Assembly (NCBI RefSeq): GCF_051883275.1
Contig: NZ_JBJETK010000004.1
Span: 13,270-77,269 of the forward strand
Length of the DNA stretch: 64,000 bases
Direction: 5' to 3'
Source: Treponema sp.
Lineage (GTDB): Bacteria; Spirochaetota; Spirochaetia; Treponematales; Treponemataceae
Under the pieces are notes generated by a model. It was not told the DNA's origin. It worked only from the letters and a program-made list of their open reading frames with translations, and made no database searches. Positions within the stretch are counted from its first letter, which is position 1. Each line of letters opens with the position of its first letter. Shown piece by piece: positions 56,692 to 64,000 of this stretch. The translations under genes and the position numbers were made by a program.

Positions 56692-58113
56692 ATGGAAACA
56701 CGTAATATTTTTGAAAACATTTCTTGTATCGACCACAGATATTCATTGTCAGAGGCTAGCGTTTTCAGCGGCCTTTCTAAGTATATTTCAGAGGAAGCTT
56801 CAATACGCTCATGTGCGCTGTGCGAGGCTGCCCTTGTAAAAAGCCACCTGAAGCTTCGGAATTCCCTTACGGACGAAACAGCCGCATTGCTTGACCGTAT
56901 TGCTGCGGAAATCGATCCGGCGGAAGTGTATGCGGAGGAAGAAAAGACCCGGCACAATATCCGCGCTCTGGTGAATGTAATGAAGACAAAAGCTCCGGCC
57001 GACATAGGTCCCCTGGTTCATCTTGGCGCAACAAGCGTTGATATTCTTGACACTGCGCTTTCCTGCCGCATGAGGGATGTCACAAAAAATGTTGTTCTTC
57101 CCGAGCTGAAAAAACTTGAAAAAAGCCTGTGCGCTATTGCTGACAGGGATGCCGAGGTTCCGCAGGTGGGACGCACCCACGGACAGCACGCAGTTCCCAT
57201 TACTTTTGGATGGAGCATTGCGGAATTTGTCAGCAGACTTGGAAAATCAATTCTGCGCATAGAAGAACTTTCCGGCCAGCTTGTCGGAAAACTTGCAGGC
57301 CCCGTCGGCTCTTATAACGGACCTTCGATGATTGTAAAAGACCCGGAGGAACTTGAGCGTGTCTATGTGGAATTCCTGGGGCTTTCTGCGAGCGAATATT
57401 CGAACCAGCTTGTGGAGCCGGAGTATCTTCTGCGCCTGTTGCTTGAAATGAACGTTGCCTTTGGAATTATTGCGAACCTTGCGGATGATCTGCGCAACCT
57501 TCAGCGTTCAGAGCTTGGCGAGGTCTTTGAATATTTTGCTTCTACCCAGGTTGGCTCAAGCACTATGCCGCAGAAGAGAAATCCATGGAACAGCGAGCAT
57601 GTAAAATCTCTCTGGAAGGCAATGTGCCCGCGCGTGATGACTTTTTATATGGATCAGATTTCAGAGCATCAGCGCGATCTTACAAATTCCGCGAGCCAGC
57701 GTTTTATGGCTGACTATGTTGCCGGATTCACAATGGCGGTTGCCAGAATGAACAGCGTTGTTTCCGGATTGCAGGCTGACAAGGAGACAATGGCGCGCAA
57801 TCTTGAAAATGCCGGCGGAAAGGTTCGCGGCGGTGTTCTTGCCGAGCCTGCCTACATTCTGCTTGGCGAAGCCGGAGTGAATGACGGCCACGAGGTTATC
57901 AGAAAAATTACGCTTGAGGCTGAAAAATCCGGCAAAACTTTCTTTGAAGTTCTGAAGACACATACAGATGCCTTTGAAAAAATCACTGCCCAGCTTGAAA
58001 AACTCGGCGTAGAAAATCCAGAGAGCTTTTTTGAGCATCCGGCGAATTACTGCGGACTTGCGGCCAAGAAATCCAGAAGGCTTGCAAAGAAATACGAAAA
58101 GCTCATGGACTGA
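56692..58113 (+). CDS. purB: Adenylosuccinate lyase
   Basis: HLGATS.DI.DTA, GRTHGQHAVP.TFG, fumarate-lyase signature GSSTMPQKRNP..SE. Confidence 0.95.
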   Translation: METRNIFENISCIDHRYSLSEASVFSGLSKYISEEASIRSCALCEAALVKSHLKLRNSLTDETAALLDRIAAEIDPAEVYAEEEKTRHNIRALVNVMKTKAPADIGPLVHLGATSVDILDTALSCRMRDVTKNVVLPELKKLEKSLCAIADRDAEVPQVGRTHGQHAVPITFGWSIAEFVSRLGKSILRIEELSGQLVGKLAGPVGSYNGPSMIVKDPEELERVYVEFLGLSASEYSNQLVEPEYLLRLLLEMNVAFGIIANLADDLRNLQRSELGEVFEYFASTQVGSSTMPQKRNPWNSEHVKSLWKAMCPRVMTFYMDQISEHQRDLTNSASQRFMADYVAGFTMAVARMNSVVSGLQADKETMARNLENAGGKVRGGVLAEPAYILLGEAGVNDGHEVIRKITLEAEKSGKTFFEVLKTHTDAFEKITAQLEKLGVENPESFFEHPANYCGLAAKKSRRLAKKYEKLMD

Positions 58114-58127
58114 TTTTCCGGGAATTT

Positions 58128-59210
58128 ATGCGCACTTACACAGCTGTATTGGTCGGCCTGGGAAGAATAGGCTACACTCTCGGACTTGACGAAAAGCGGG
58201 AGCAGCCTGCGAGCCACACAATGGCTCTTCTTGGAAATTCCCGGATACATCTTGTTGCCGGCTGTGACACAGATTCTTCTGCGCGCGCCAGATGGCATGA
58301 GGCAAACAGCGGAACCGAAGTTTACTCTGACAGTTCAAGCCTGTATGCCGCCTGCCGCCCGGACATTATTACAGTGGCGGTCAATGAGGCTTCGCATTTG
58401 AATGAAGCTCTTTGTGCAATCCATGCCCGCCCGCGCCTTGTTATTCTGGAAAAGCCCGTTGCATTGAATCTTGCCGAGGCTGAAAAAATCCGCGTGGAAG
58501 CTGAAAAATACCAGGTTCCCTTTCTTGTAAACCACGAGAGGCGATTTGCGGAAGATTTCAAGCTGGCAAAATCCTACATGGAAAAAATCGGGGAGCTGCA
58601 AAGCATTCATGCGCAGCTTTATTCAAGCCTTTGTGTCTATAATCCTGCGGAGGAAAATACCGGCGCTTACAGCCTTATCCATGACGGTACGCACCTTGTT
58701 GATGCCGTTCTTTTTTTTCTTGAAAACAGCCGGCAAAAAACTGAAAAAAGCGGTCTTTTGCGCCTCGCCTCGGCCTTGAATTTTTCCAGTCCCGTGCTTG
58801 CTTCTCCGGTTGTGACGGGCATTTTTTCTGACAGTGAAAAAAACATCCGGCAGTTCAGTGCGCATTATACAACGCCGCAGTGTCCAGATGTTTGCGTCTG
58901 CATAAGCGGCCGCTCCCGTTTTTTCGGCTTTGAAATTTCAATTACGGGAACAGAAGGAAGAATCTGCATTGGAAACGGCTATCTGAAGCTTTACCGGCGC
59001 GGAGAGTCGCACTTGTACACCGGATTTTATTCTCTTTTTAATGACCGCTCGGAAAAAATTCCTGAAAAAACCAGATATTTTTCGAACATGGTTCAGAATG
59101 CCGTTGATTTTCTTGACGGAAAAAATTCCCTGCGCTCAACCCTTCAGACTGGAATAGAGGCGCTTTCTGTTCTTGAAGAAATCAAGGAAATCCTGAAAAA
59201 GTCATGCTGA
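58128..59210 (+). CDS. Gfo/Idh/MocA family oxidoreductase
   Basis: LVGLGRIG, VILEKPVA, VNHERRF, HDGTHLVD. Confidence 0.9.
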   Translation: MRTYTAVLVGLGRIGYTLGLDEKREQPASHTMALLGNSRIHLVAGCDTDSSARARWHEANSGTEVYSDSSSLYAACRPDIITVAVNEASHLNEALCAIHARPRLVILEKPVALNLAEAEKIRVEAEKYQVPFLVNHERRFAEDFKLAKSYMEKIGELQSIHAQLYSSLCVYNPAEENTGAYSLIHDGTHLVDAVLFFLENSRQKTEKSGLLRLASALNFSSPVLASPVVTGIFSDSEKNIRQFSAHYTTPQCPDVCVCISGRSRFFGFEISITGTEGRICIGNGYLKLYRRGESHLYTGFYSLFNDRSEKIPEKTRYFSNMVQNAVDFLDGKNSLRSTLQTGIEALSVLEEIKEILKKSC

Positions 59211-59305
59211 AAAAGCGGAGTTTTGGCTTGTAGTTTTCCTTAAAAAAATGCCTGTTGACGATAAAAGGTTATTTTTTTACAATGTATTAATTTGGAGTAG
59301 TGTAA

Positions 59306-59971
59306 ATGAAAAAGTTTTTGTTTACCGCACTTTTTTTGTGCAGTCTTTGTGCGGCGGCATTTTCACAGGCAATCACAACGGCCAATGATTTTTTTGAATC
59401 AGTCAGTGACCGCTACGCCGAGCTGAAAGACTACGAGGCTGATATTGATATCCTGATTGGAAAAAATGAAATGACAGGAAAATTGAGCTTTAAGCGTCCG
59501 GAGATGCTGCGCATAGATTTTTCTAATCCGGCGGAACAGGTTATTGTTTTTAACGGCGATGACCTTACCATTTATCTTCCGAGTCCGACTTCAGCGATTC
59601 TTGAGCAGAATGTTACATCCTCCGGTCTGAACACTGCTACTTCCAAAGGGCTTGCTCTTTTGCGCCGGTATTACACGATTGCCTATGAATCCGGGCAGTC
59701 GGCTGTTCCGCTTGAGGAAAACAGCGATGAGATGGTTGTGAATCTTCTTCTTTCAAGAAGATCCGCCACGGAAGCTTTCCGCACAATAAAGCTTTCAATA
59801 GACCCTTCATCAAAACTTATAAGACGTGTTACGGCAGTTTCTGCGCAGGACACGGAATATGTGTTTTCTTTTCATAACTACAGGCTGAATGTAAATATAA
59901 GCGACCAGCGTTTTATTTATGATCCGCCGTCATCTGCAAACAACTATAACAATTTTCTTCTTTCGGAGTAA
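59306..59971 (+). CDS. lolA: Outer-membrane lipoprotein carrier LolA-like protein
   Basis: Signal peptide; G.L.FKRP.MLRIDF..P..QVIV..G..L.IY.P; C-terminal F...P. Confidence 0.85.
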   Translation: MKKFLFTALFLCSLCAAAFSQAITTANDFFESVSDRYAELKDYEADIDILIGKNEMTGKLSFKRPEMLRIDFSNPAEQVIVFNGDDLTIYLPSPTSAILEQNVTSSGLNTATSKGLALLRRYYTIAYESGQSAVPLEENSDEMVVNLLLSRRSATEAFRTIKLSIDPSSKLIRRVTAVSAQDTEYVFSFHNYRLNVNISDQRFIYDPPSSANNYNNFLLSE

Positions 59972-59974
59972 GAA

Positions 59975-61090
59975 ATGGAAAGCTACGGAGAACTGTTGCG
60001 CGCCGCCCGCGAAGAAAAAAAATTTTCCATGGAAGCTATTGAGCATGCCACTGCAATTACAAAAAACTATATAGAGTCGTTGGAAAATGAGCGTGTTGAG
60101 GATTTTCCAGGAGAGTCCTATTTTGTGGGCTTTTTAGTGAATTACTGTGAATTTCTTGGAATTGATAAAAATGAAATTCTTCAGCTTTATCATGCAAAGA
60201 AAATTCAGGAAGCGCCTGTGCCTGTGGAGCTTTTGAAAAAGCATCATCCGGCTTTTCTTATTCCAGCGATTATTGCAGGCTCGGTTGCTGTTCTTGCTTT
60301 TCTGGTGACATACATTTATTTCAGTGTCTTGAAAATTCCAGAGAAAAAACAGATTAAAACAAAAGAGCAGGTTGAAAAGGAAAAAATCCACCAGTATCAG
60401 TTTACCGGCAAGCCAGAAACCCGCAGACTTTACAAAGGCGACAAAATTCTTGTTCCTGCAAAACAGGGCAAGGGAAATATTGTGCTTACAGTCGGCGGTA
60501 CGCTTGGCAACTTCCTGATTCTTACGCCGTCAGGAAATCAGATTGTGGAGCTGAGCGAAGAGCGCGAGCTGGATATTGACGGCGACGGATTTTCTGATTT
60601 GATTTTGTATCTTAGCGATATTTCAAGCGACAATGAAGCCAACGGCGCGGAAGTCAGAATTCTGGAAAAGGCAATAGAAAATTCATTTGTTGAACTTTCA
60701 AACGACGGTTCGGGAACAGAGCTTTCTGAAATTCCTGCTTCGTCTTCTGTAAAAAACAATGACAACAGAACTGTGATTCATGAGGACACGCGCCCTTATC
60801 CGTTTACAATAAATGTTACTTTCCGCGGCTCATGTCTTTTCCGGTACAAGAGCGACCGCCAGGATTATGTTGAAGGCTATTACAAGAGCGGCGAGCTTGT
60901 TACCGTTACTTCTAACAACGGAACGCGCCTTTGGATGAGCAATATCAACGCGCTGAAAATTCATGTTATTGCGGGACTTTCTTCCTATGATCTTGAAGTT
61001 GGCCGCGCAGGCGAAGTTCAGGCGGAAGATATAAAGTGGGTTCGCGACAGTGATGGAAAATACCGTTTAGTGGTGCTTGAGCTTGACTAG
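59975..61090 (+). CDS. rodZ: RodZ-like HTH membrane protein
   Basis: GELLRAAREEKK.S...T.I...YI..LE......FPGESY..GFL.NY..FLG followed by a TM helix. Confidence 0.8.
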   Translation: MESYGELLRAAREEKKFSMEAIEHATAITKNYIESLENERVEDFPGESYFVGFLVNYCEFLGIDKNEILQLYHAKKIQEAPVPVELLKKHHPAFLIPAIIAGSVAVLAFLVTYIYFSVLKIPEKKQIKTKEQVEKEKIHQYQFTGKPETRRLYKGDKILVPAKQGKGNIVLTVGGTLGNFLILTPSGNQIVELSEERELDIDGDGFSDLILYLSDISSDNEANGAEVRILEKAIENSFVELSNDGSGTELSEIPASSSVKNNDNRTVIHEDTRPYPFTINVTFRGSCLFRYKSDRQDYVEGYYKSGELVTVTSNNGTRLWMSNINALKIHVIAGLSSYDLEVGRAGEVQAEDIKWVRDSDGKYRLVVLELD

Positions 61091-62537
61091 TAAAAAATTT
61101 TTTCTTGACCAGCATGGATGCGCAAAAAACCAGGTTGACGGCGAGCTTATCATAAGCCGTCTTTTGAACCTTGGATTTGAACAGGTTTTGGAGCCTGAAG
61201 CGGCTGATTTGATAGTCGTGAATTCCTGCGGCTTTATTGAGAGCGCAAAAAAGGAAAGCCTGAATTCCCTTATTGATGCCAGAGCTGCATTCCCGGACGT
61301 GAAAATTCTTTTGACAGGCTGTCTTGCGGAGCGTTATGCCGATATTTTTAAAAAGGAGCTTCCCGAGGCAGATGGAATTCTTGGAAACGGAAATTTAGAG
61401 CTTCTTGATTCCGCTGTAAAATCACTGTTTGACGGTCAGCGTCCGGTTTTAAAGGCGGAGCAGAAAGGGGTTTGCTGCGGAGAACGCCGGGAGCTTTTGT
61501 CGTTCAAGGGAAGCGCATTTGTAAAAATCACTGAAGGCTGCGACAACCGCTGTTCATTCTGCGCCATTCCGCTTATCCGTGGAAAATTGCGCTCCAGAAA
61601 TTCAGATGACATTGTGGCTGAAATAAAGTCGCTTTTGGCGCGCGGAGTTTTTGAAATCAATTTAATCGGGCAGGATTTGGCGGCTTATGGCTGCGGCTCG
61701 GACGACGTGGAATTTTCCTCTGAAAAAAACTGGCATGAAATTATTTACAGGAATTTAAATTCTCCTGTCTGCAAAGAAAATAATTTTTCTGAAGCGAACG
61801 GCGAATCTCCACTGTGTTCACTTATACGCAAAATTTCTGCGCTCGAGGGAAAATTCTGGGTTCGGCTTTTGTATATTCATCCTGACCATTTTAATCAGGA
61901 TATTCTTGAAGTCATGAAAAATGATCCGCGTTTTCTTCCGTATTTTGATATTCCGTTTCAGTCCGGCGACGACACGATTATCCGCGCCATGAACCGCAAG
62001 GGAACTTCCGCCGACTATATTTCACTGGTGGAAACAATCCGCTCGGTTTTTCCTGAAAGCTGCATAAGAACAACTTTTTTGACAGGTTTTCCCGGGGAAA
62101 CTGAAGCCAGCGCGCTTGCTACCGAAAATTTTTTGAAGTCAATACGGGCTGACTGGTCTGGATGCTTTCCGTACAGCAGAGAAGAGGACACCGCCGCTGA
62201 TAAAATGAAGCGTCAAGTTTCTGCGGCAAAGGCAAAGGAAAGAGCCGTGCGCCTGGAGAATTTTCAAGCGGAAATCACTGCGGAAAATCTGAAGCTCCGC
62301 TGCGGAAAAAAATACGATGTGCTGATAGAAGAAATTATAGAAAACAAGGACGGCACAGACGAAGGGCTTGCAATCGGGAGAGCGTGGTTTGAAGCTCCCG
62401 AAGTTGACGGAGCGTTTGTTGTCCGCTACGATCTTGACAGCGAGGCTGCTGTAAAAAAAATTGTTCCGGGGGCAGTTGTAAAGGTTCTTGCAGTCAGCGC
62501 TTCAGGCGTGGATATTGATGGAGAATTTGCTGAATGA
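61077..62537 (+). CDS. rimO: Ribosomal protein S12 methylthiotransferase
   Basis: GCAKNQVDGE, VNSCGFIESAKKES, radical-SAM KITEGCDNRCSFCAIP..RG, YFDIPFQ, IGR....APEVDG. Confidence 0.95.
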   Translation: MSLTSKKFFLDQHGCAKNQVDGELIISRLLNLGFEQVLEPEAADLIVVNSCGFIESAKKESLNSLIDARAAFPDVKILLTGCLAERYADIFKKELPEADGILGNGNLELLDSAVKSLFDGQRPVLKAEQKGVCCGERRELLSFKGSAFVKITEGCDNRCSFCAIPLIRGKLRSRNSDDIVAEIKSLLARGVFEINLIGQDLAAYGCGSDDVEFSSEKNWHEIIYRNLNSPVCKENNFSEANGESPLCSLIRKISALEGKFWVRLLYIHPDHFNQDILEVMKNDPRFLPYFDIPFQSGDDTIIRAMNRKGTSADYISLVETIRSVFPESCIRTTFLTGFPGETEASALATENFLKSIRADWSGCFPYSREEDTAADKMKRQVSAAKAKERAVRLENFQAEITAENLKLRCGKKYDVLIEEIIENKDGTDEGLAIGRAWFEAPEVDGAFVVRYDLDSEAAVKKIVPGAVVKVLAVSASGVDIDGEFAE

Positions 62538-64000
62538 ATATTGAAGACAGTCTTTCTGTTTTGAATAATGAGCAGCGTGAGGCGGTGGAGCATCAGGGCA
62601 GTCCGCTTTTAATTCTTGCAGGAGCAGGCTCCGGAAAAACCCGTGTTATAACTACAAAAATCGCATATATGATTTCCAGCCTCGGGATAAGTCCTTCTTC
62701 AATTCTTGCCGTTACCTTTACAAAAAAAGCCGCGGAGGAAATGAGAGAGCGAGCAGTTCAGCTTGAGCCGCTTGCGTATAAAGCCCAGATTAGAACGTTC
62801 CACTCATTCGGCGCATGGTTTTTGCGTCTGTATGCTGAAAGATGCACAATAGGAATTCAAAGCAATTTTACAGTCTATGATGACGATGATATGTGCTCTC
62901 TGATTATAAAGGCTGTTCCTTCGCTTACAAAAAAAGATGCTTCCCATTATGCAAAAAAAATTTCGCTTGCCAAGGATTATTGCCTTCTTCCTGACGATGC
63001 TGAGCTGAGGCGAATTTGCGACGAGCCGATGTTCCCGGAGATTTATGAAAAATACCAGGCGCGCCTCAGGAATACTGGAAATCTGGACTTTGGAGATTTG
63101 ATTCTGCTTCCGTATCTGATTTTAAAGGAAAATCCTGACGTAAGAAGAATTTTTTATTCAAAGTTCAGGGCTATTCTTGTTGATGAATACCAGGATTCAA
63201 ATGTGGCGCAGTTCAAATTTCTGAAGGAACTTTCCGGCATTGATGAAAATTCCGGGACATACGTCTGTGTTGTAGGTGATGATGACCAGAGCATTTATAA
63301 ATTCCGCGGCGCTGAAGTGCAGAATATTTTGAATTTCAAGGACGAATTTCCGGGAACAAAAATTGTCCGGCTCGAAACGAATTACCGTTCAACTTCTGAA
63401 ATTTTAGGCTGCGCTGAAAATGTTGTGAAAAACAATTCGGGCCGCCTTGGTAAAAAACTTATATCTGCCCGGGGCAAAGGCAAAAAGCCCGCGCTTGTGT
63501 TTCTTCCTTCGCAGGATGATGAAACTGAATTCTGCTACAGCCTTATAGAGCAGGCTTATAAAAACGGAGTTCCCTATAGCGACTGGGCAGTCCTCTACAG
63601 AACAAACGCGCAGTCCCTTGGCTTCGAAACTGAATTCATCCACAGGAAAATCCCCTATGAAGTCGTGGGCTCCCTTAAATTTTATGAGCGCGAGGAAGTG
63701 AAGGATATCATTGCCTGGCTTTCGTTTATTGTAAATCCGCGTGACGAAATTTCATTCAGGAGAATTGTAAACAAACCTGTGCGCGGAATCGGAAATTCAA
63801 CCCAGGACAAGATTGTTGAGGCGGCTTCAGGCTCTTCGATTCTAGAGGCGGCTTCGACCCTGAAGCTTTCAAAAAAAGCCCGGGAGGGATTTGATTTTTT
63901 CAAGTCGCTGGCTGAAAAGTATGCCGCTGCTTTGCCTGATGTTCCTGTCAGCTCCGAGGCGTTTCTGCTTGCAGGCCAGGCGATAGATGAAAAGGCTGTT
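62534..64000 (+). CDS. pcrA: UvrD/PcrA superfamily 1 helicase (runs off the window; not in the ORF track)
   Basis: Manual translation from ATG 62534: MNIEDSLSVLNNEQREAVEH...LILAGAGSGKTRVIT.KIAY...ILAVTFTKKAA.EM.ER...ILVDEYQDSN.AQ...VGDDDQSIYKFRGA...LETNYRST. Confidence 0.95.
   Translation, partial: MNIEDSLSVLNNEQREAVEHQGSPLLILAGAGSGKTRVITTKIAYMISSLGISPSSILAVTFTKKAAEEMRERAVQLEPLAYKAQIRTFHSFGAWFLRLYAERCTIGIQSNFTVYDDDDMCSLIIKAVPSLTKKDASHYAKKISLAKDYCLLPDDAELRRICDEPMFPEIYEKYQARLRNTGNLDFGDLILLPYLILKENPDVRRIFYSKFRAILVDEYQDSNVAQFKFLKELSGIDENSGTYVCVVGDDDQSIYKFRGAEVQNILNFKDEFPGTKIVRLETNYRSTSEILGCAENVVKNNSGRLGKKLISARGKGKKPALVFLPSQDDETEFCYSLIEQAYKNGVPYSDWAVLYRTNAQSLGFETEFIHRKIPYEVVGSLKFYEREEVKDIIAWLSFIVNPRDEISFRRIVNKPVRGIGNSTQDKIVEAASGSSILEAASTLKLSKKAREGFDFFKSLAEKYAAALPDVPVSSEAFLLAGQAIDEKAV

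Noticed and set aside
16278-63903. Numerous 60-250 aa ORFs overlapping core genes on the opposite strand or in another frame (e.g. 30426-31184, 53067-53822)
   Set aside because: They are fully nested in well-supported genes and have no motifs; treated as shadow ORFs.
1-64000. tRNA/rRNA genes, intact prophage, complete eCIS or T6SS locus, intact transposase
   Set aside because: None was recognised. Only a lone tube-domain gene and two transposase tails are present.

Overview
Bacterial chromosomal window, most likely a gut or rumen Treponema-like spirochaete. The inference rests on FliL, LolA-RodZ-RimO, a DUF5312-like protein, a Bat/MoxR operon and codon style. The left ~23 kb is an accessory/defence hotspot built around a Type IIG restriction-modification gene (4952-8092). 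Downstream of that gene lie tightly packed defence-type genes: a RES-domain protein, an unannotated type I toxin-antitoxin locus, a type III ToxN system, MazF, an HNH nuclease and a NucS-like nuclease. Eroded copies of the R-M gene's own 3' end separate these blocks. Upstream are a phage-tail-tube/NlpC-P60 fusion with a putative immunity gene in an integron-cassette-like segment, RelB/YafQ, an AAC(3) homolog, a direct-repeat-bounded AT-rich block, two 22-23 bp phased palindrome arrays, IS110 and IS66 remnants, and short relic copies of neighbouring genes. The right ~41 kb is mostly core: GSIII, an Amt-PII fusion, an XylFII-LytS-YesN-XylF-like sensing cluster, the MoxR/Bat operon, rnhA, fliL, hflX, U32 peptidase, ssb, corA, purB, lolA, rodZ, rimO and uvrD/pcrA, with one AT-rich ORFan islet at 44.8-46.6 kb. 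No rRNA, tRNA, CRISPR array or intact integrase/transposase was seen. All family calls come from motifs read by eye, with no database search.
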